Below are positions 59,794 through 64,000 of a stretch of 64,000 nt of DNA, one piece after another. The translations under genes and the position numbers were made by a program. Under the pieces are notes generated by a model. That model made no database searches. It saw only the letters and a list, made by a program, of their open reading frames with translations, and was not told the DNA's origin. Within the stretch, counting starts at the first letter, position 1. Every line of letters begins with the position of its first letter. Source of the DNA: Candidatus Oleimmundimicrobium sp. (lineage in GTDB: Bacteria; Actinomycetota; Aquicultoria; UBA3085; Oleimmundimicrobiaceae); NCBI RefSeq assembly GCF_030651595.1, contig NZ_JAUSCH010000004.1, positions 74,026 to 138,025 on the forward strand. The letters run 5' to 3'.

Positions 59794-61962
59794 TTATTTC
59801 TTTTTCATTTTTTCTAAATCTTCTTTAGTAAGCAATACTATCCGCGGCTTACTCCCCTCTGACGAACCAATAATTCCTCTTTCTTCCAGAATATCAATTA
59901 ACCTTGCAGCTCGAGTATATCCTATCCGCAAACGTCTTTGAAGCATAGATACTGAAGCCATTCCAACCAAAACAACAAGTTCCATTGCATCATCAAAAAG
60001 ATCGTCTTCGTAATCGCCTAATGAAAATTTAGGTTTTTTGCTTTCCAGGACCTCTTTTTGGTAGGCCGGCTGTGATTGTTTCTTTATAAAATTCGTGACC
60101 AATTCCACCTCTTGTTCGGTAATAAAAGCGCCTTGTAATCGGACGAGCTTGTTTGATTGAGAGGTCATAAAGAGCATGTCCCCCTTGCCCACTAATTTAT
60201 CCGCCCCGGCACCATCGATAATAACTCTCGAATCCACCTGTGACGACACAGAAAAAGCTATCCTTGAAGTTATGTTTGCTTTGATTAACCCGGTAATAAC
60301 ATCAACCGAAGGCCGTTGCGTTGCAATTACAAGATGAATTCCAACTGCTCTGGCTAATTGAGCTAAACGACATATTGAATCTTCAACTTTCCCCGGCGCA
60401 ACCATCATCAAATCAGCTAATTCATCTATAACAATGACAATATAGGGCATGTGGTCATCTTTGTTTTTCAATTGCGCATTATAGCTATCAATATTCCTCG
60501 TTCCTTGCTCAGCTAAAAGCCCAAGTCTGTTCTCCATTTCTTTTACAGCCCAAACTAAAGCATGTGATGCTTCTTTAACATTAGATATAACCGGAGTTAT
60601 CAAATGAGGGATTCCATTGTAAAGGTTTAGCTCTATTCTTTTTGGGTCAATCAGTATCATCTTTACTTGATCGGGCCGGGCTCGAGCTAAAAGAGAGATT
60701 AAAATACAATTTACACATACGCTCTTACCGCTTCCCGTAGCCCCGGCAATTAAAAGATGAGGCATACCCCCAAGATCAGCCACCACTGAATTACCCGATA
60801 TATCCTTACCCAGACAAATCTTCAAAATTTCATCTGATTGAGCTTCATTGCTAACCAGGATATCTCCAAGGGTCACAAGCTCTCTTTGCTTGTTCGGAAC
60901 TTCAATTCCCACTGCTGATTTACCTGGAATAGGAGCTAATATTCTAATGTCAGGAGAGGCCAAGGCCAAAGCAATATCATCAGCCAAGCTAAATATGCGA
61001 TTAACCTTAACTCCAGAGGCCAGATGTATTTCATATAATGTTACCGTCGGACCTTTTACAACCTTATCAATTGACGCATCAACTCCAAAGTTACTTAATG
61101 TCCTTTCCAGAATTCTTACGTTTTCTTTAACATCTTTTTTTAATTGTGGGCCCTTTGAAATTGTTCTTTTTAAAAGAGCGGGAGACGGAAGCTGGTATTT
61201 TCCTATCTCAATCTTGGGTGTTTCAATTTTTATTTCAGTTGTTTTCTGAGATGCAAAATTATTTGCTTCTTCAGAAGATATCCTTGTTTTGGCCTGGGTT
61301 TCTTTGTTGTTTAAACTTAGTTGCTCATAAAAATTCAGCTTTTTCTCTTCTGAAAAGTCTAAATCAGCTTGCCTATCGTCAAAAAAAACTTTATTTTTAG
61401 TTTTAAATTTTAGGCTAAATAGTGCTTTTACGCTTTTAACTAAGAAGGAAAGCTGTTGCAAAATAGAAATACCTGTGAAAATCACAATTCCAATAACAAG
61501 TAGAGCTATAAGAACTATATAAGCACCAATATTTCCCAGAAGAAATCTTAAAACATAGGTAAAAGTTGCACCAACATAGCCTCCACATGAAACAATATAT
61601 TCAAAACTAAACTCTTGAGATGGCGGCGTATTTAAATGAATTAAGGAAATGGTACTGATAAAGGAAATGGCAAGTCCTAAGCCAGTTGATTCCACATTTA
61701 CTTTAATGTTTTTTTTTGCGAAAAACGAAAAACCCCACACTGTAAGAAAGACAGGAATAATATATCTTCCCATGCCAACCGAGTATTTAAGCCCCTCTAC
61801 AACATATTTACCTATTAATCCCCTATCTCCGGCGAAAAGACTTATCATTAAAATTGCAGAAAGTGCAAACAGAGCCACACCGTAAACATCACTTAAATTC
61901 TCTTTGTTTTTTTTATTTTCTACCAAAGTTTTTCTTTTTTGATTAGCCATACCTCTCTCCAA
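59794..61962 (-). CDS. ftsK: DNA translocase FtsK/SpoIIIE
   Basis: N-terminal TM segments, linker, motor domain with Walker A GATGSGKSV, and a gamma winged-helix domain. Confidence 0.9.
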   Translation of the reverse strand: MERGMANQKRKTLVENKKNKENLSDVYGVALFALSAILMISLFAGDRGLIGKYVVEGLKYSVGMGRYIIPVFLTVWGFSFFAKKNIKVNVESTGLGLAISFISTISLIHLNTPPSQEFSFEYIVSCGGYVGATFTYVLRFLLGNIGAYIVLIALLVIGIVIFTGISILQQLSFLVKSVKALFSLKFKTKNKVFFDDRQADLDFSEEKKLNFYEQLSLNNKETQAKTRISSEEANNFASQKTTEIKIETPKIEIGKYQLPSPALLKRTISKGPQLKKDVKENVRILERTLSNFGVDASIDKVVKGPTVTLYEIHLASGVKVNRIFSLADDIALALASPDIRILAPIPGKSAVGIEVPNKQRELVTLGDILVSNEAQSDEILKICLGKDISGNSVVADLGGMPHLLIAGATGSGKSVCVNCILISLLARARPDQVKMILIDPKRIELNLYNGIPHLITPVISNVKEASHALVWAVKEMENRLGLLAEQGTRNIDSYNAQLKNKDDHMPYIVIVIDELADLMMVAPGKVEDSICRLAQLARAVGIHLVIATQRPSVDVITGLIKANITSRIAFSVSSQVDSRVIIDGAGADKLVGKGDMLFMTSQSNKLVRLQGAFITEQEVELVTNFIKKQSQPAYQKEVLESKKPKFSLGDYEDDLFDDAMELVVLVGMASVSMLQRRLRIGYTRAARLIDILEERGIIGSSEGSKPRIVLLTKEDLEKMKKK

Positions 61963-61963
61963 T

Positions 61964-62764
61964 TTATCTAATTAAAAGAAACGCTGCTCCCACAAACCAA
62001 CAATAATACGCAAAAATCGTGAGTCTTCCCTTTTTCAAATAATTTAATAGGTACTTAATACACAAATAACCGCTTACAGCAGCCGCCAAAAAACCCGCTA
62101 ACAAAGGCATGCTTTTTTGCTCTCCGTACAAACAAATAAAATCACCTGTTTTTAAAATAACCGCGCCTAAAATTATCGGTATCGCCAACAAAAACGAAAA
62201 TCTTGCCGCGGAATCTCGGTTTAAACCCCTAAAAAGACCGGCGGCGATTGTTGCCCCTGAGCGAGAAATCCCGGGAGCTATAGCGCATCCCTGAGCCAAC
62301 CCTATTATCAGGGTATCAGAAAGGCTTATATCATCCAAAACCCTGAGTTTTTTTGAGGCCGCTTCGCTTATCCACAAAAAAGTCCCGGTTACCATTAAAA
62401 GCAAAGAAACAGTTAAAGGATTTGAAAAAAGTCCCTCGAAAAAGTCTTGAAATAGCAATCCTATAAAAATAGCCGGAATTGTGCCGATTATTATCAACCA
62501 AGCCAGCTGGCATTCCGGTTTTTGCCGCGCCGTTTTTTTCTTAAAGCCATTAACAAACGCGATAAATAACTCCGAGATTTCACTCCTAAAAAAACAAATC
62601 ACAGCCGTCAAGGTACCCAAATGCAACATTACATCAAAACTCAAATCAGGCTGCGCCCATCCCATTAAATCTGGTATTAAAACTAAGTGTGCCGAACTGC
62701 TTATTGGAGCAAATTCTGTTATACCTTGCACGATTCCTAATATAACAGCTTGGAAAAGACTCAA
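61964..62764 (-). CDS. uppP: undecaprenyl-diphosphatase
   Basis: BacA/UppP family 8-TM protein (ISRSGATI motif). Confidence 0.85.
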   Translation of the reverse strand: MSLFQAVILGIVQGITEFAPISSSAHLVLIPDLMGWAQPDLSFDVMLHLGTLTAVICFFRSEISELFIAFVNGFKKKTARQKPECQLAWLIIIGTIPAIFIGLLFQDFFEGLFSNPLTVSLLLMVTGTFLWISEAASKKLRVLDDISLSDTLIIGLAQGCAIAPGISRSGATIAAGLFRGLNRDSAARFSFLLAIPIILGAVILKTGDFICLYGEQKSMPLLAGFLAAAVSGYLCIKYLLNYLKKGRLTIFAYYCWFVGAAFLLIR

Positions 62765-62776
62765 AATTTTACACCT

Positions 62777-64000
62777 CTATGCCTCGATGATAACCGGCAT
62801 AACCATTGGGCGCCGCCGCGTTTTGTTATAAAGAAACTTATTTAAATCTTTTGTTATTATTGATTTTAATACAGCTTTGTCTGTAACTCCTTCAAGAGCG
62901 GTTTTTGATAAAGTTTCTTCAACTTTTACTATTGCTTCATCAATAAGCTCTTTTGTTTCTTTAACATAGACAAAACCCCGCGATATAACATCCGGCCCTG
63001 CAATTATTTCGGCACTTTGTTTGCTTATCCCAACAACTACAATAAAAACCCCATCTTTTGAAAGAAGTCGTCGGTCTCTCAGCACAACGTCTCCTATATC
63101 CCCAACCCCTAAACCATCGACAAAAACATCACCCGAAGAAACTCTTCCGGCTTTTTTGGCTCCTGACTCATCAAACTTTAACACATCACCGTCTTCACAA
63201 ATAAAAATATGATCTGCCGGTATGCCAGTTTGTTCTGCCAAATTGGCATGGTGCCTAAGATGTCTATATTCACCGTGGATTGGGATAAAATATTTAGGCT
63301 TAACTATATTGATTATAAGCTTGAGTTCCTCTTGAGCTGAATGTCCCGATACGTGAACACCTGAAATTTGCTCATAATAGGCCTCGGCACCAGATTTATA
63401 AATTTGATTTATGATTCTAGATACTGACCTCTCGTTACCTGGAATCGGCGATGCGGATATTACCACAGTATCTTTAGTCTGCATTTTTACTTGTTTATGG
63501 TCGTTTGAAGAAATTCTTGCCAAAGCTGATAATGGCTCTCCTTGGCTTCCCGTGCATAGTACAACAACTTTACTGGGGGGATATTTTTCAATCTCTCTAA
63601 CATCTATTAATATATCCTCTGGCATTTTTAAATATCCAAGCTCTGAGGCTATTCGCGCGTTATCTACTATACTTCGCCCCGATACCGCCAGCTTCCGGCC
63701 AACCTTTACAGTCACATCCACTATCTGCTGAATACGGTGAAGGTGCGAAGCAAAAGTTGCAATAATTATCTTCTGCTCAGCATCTTCAAAAATTTTAAGC
63801 AAGTTAGCGCCAACAGTTTTTTCGGGAAGTGTGTAACCGGGGGTTTCCGCGTTTGTACTATCGGATAATAACGCCAGTACTTTTTTTGGACCCAAAGATA
63901 CTAGTTTTTGAAGCTCCATGGGTCTTCCATCAACTGGAGTTTGGTCTATCTTGTAGTCTCCGGTATGAACAATTAAACCCAAAGGAGTCTCGATAATTAT
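62777..64000 (-). CDS. rnj: ribonuclease J, C-terminal ~400 aa (5' end beyond window edge)
   Basis: Beta-CASP and C-terminal domain motifs (IHTGDYKID, SDSTNAE, HVSGHSAQEEL, IPIHGE). The N-terminal metallo-beta-lactamase motifs lie outside the window. Confidence 0.85.
   Translation of the reverse strand: MIIETPLGLIVHTGDYKIDQTPVDGRPMELQKLVSLGPKKVLALLSDSTNAETPGYTLPEKTVGANLLKIFEDAEQKIIIATFASHLHRIQQIVDVTVKVGRKLAVSGRSIVDNARIASELGYLKMPEDILIDVREIEKYPPSKVVVLCTGSQGEPLSALARISSNDHKQVKMQTKDTVVISASPIPGNERSVSRIINQIYKSGAEAYYEQISGVHVSGHSAQEELKLIINIVKPKYFIPIHGEYRHLRHHANLAEQTGIPADHIFICEDGDVLKFDESGAKKAGRVSSGDVFVDGLGVGDIGDVVLRDRRLLSKDGVFIVVVGISKQSAEIIAGPDVISRGFVYVKETKELIDEAIVKVEETLSKTALEGVTDKAVLKSIITKDLNKFLYNKTRRRPMVMPVIIEA

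Overview
This 64-kb window is a low-GC (~36%, estimated by eye) bacterial chromosomal segment consisting almost entirely of core housekeeping operons. I found no rRNA, tRNA, CRISPR array or transposase/IS element.

Gene content, left to right:
- metK (3' part), then methionine salvage genes mtnP and mtaD.
- priA-def-fmt-rsmB-rpe.
- An FMN riboswitch, followed by the full riboflavin operon ribD-ribE-ribBA-ribH.
- An ECF sigma factor with its anti-sigma partner, and an FmdB zinc-ribbon protein.
- A tandemly duplicated two-component module: two paralogous hybrid histidine kinases, each followed by a single-domain CheY-like receiver.
- A small accessory stretch: an SH3b membrane protein, a small ORF, 22-bp direct repeats and a 430-bp non-coding spacer.
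- A K+-channel/RCK protein, dut, and the anaerobic class III ribonucleotide reductase operon nrdR-nrdD-grx-nrdG, preceded by a NrdR-box palindrome.
- lexA with a Cheo-type SOS box. A second SOS box lies in front of recA further along.
- hflX, dapL-dapF, miaA, coaBC, rpoZ, gmk and an actinobacterial-type mIHF.
- A complete pyrR-pyrB-pyrC-pyrK-pyrD-pyrF-pyrE operon with PyrR attenuators.
- A ThiF/MoaD pair next to a tungsten-type aldehyde:ferredoxin oxidoreductase.
- acyP, a Memo-AMMECR1 fusion adjacent to miaB, and a PHP phosphoesterase.
- An orphan GHKL-type ATPase downstream of rny.
- recX-recA-thpR-cinA-pgsA-rimO-yajQ-rodZ-ftsK-uppP, and a truncated rnj at the window end.

The most unusual element is the kinase pair. 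Both kinases carry a conserved ~50-aa cysteine-rich insert (8 potential metal ligands, including a His/Cys swap) inside the sensory PAS domain. Neither kinase has an HPt or output domain. The first cognate receiver is broken by an A7 homopolymer frameshift.
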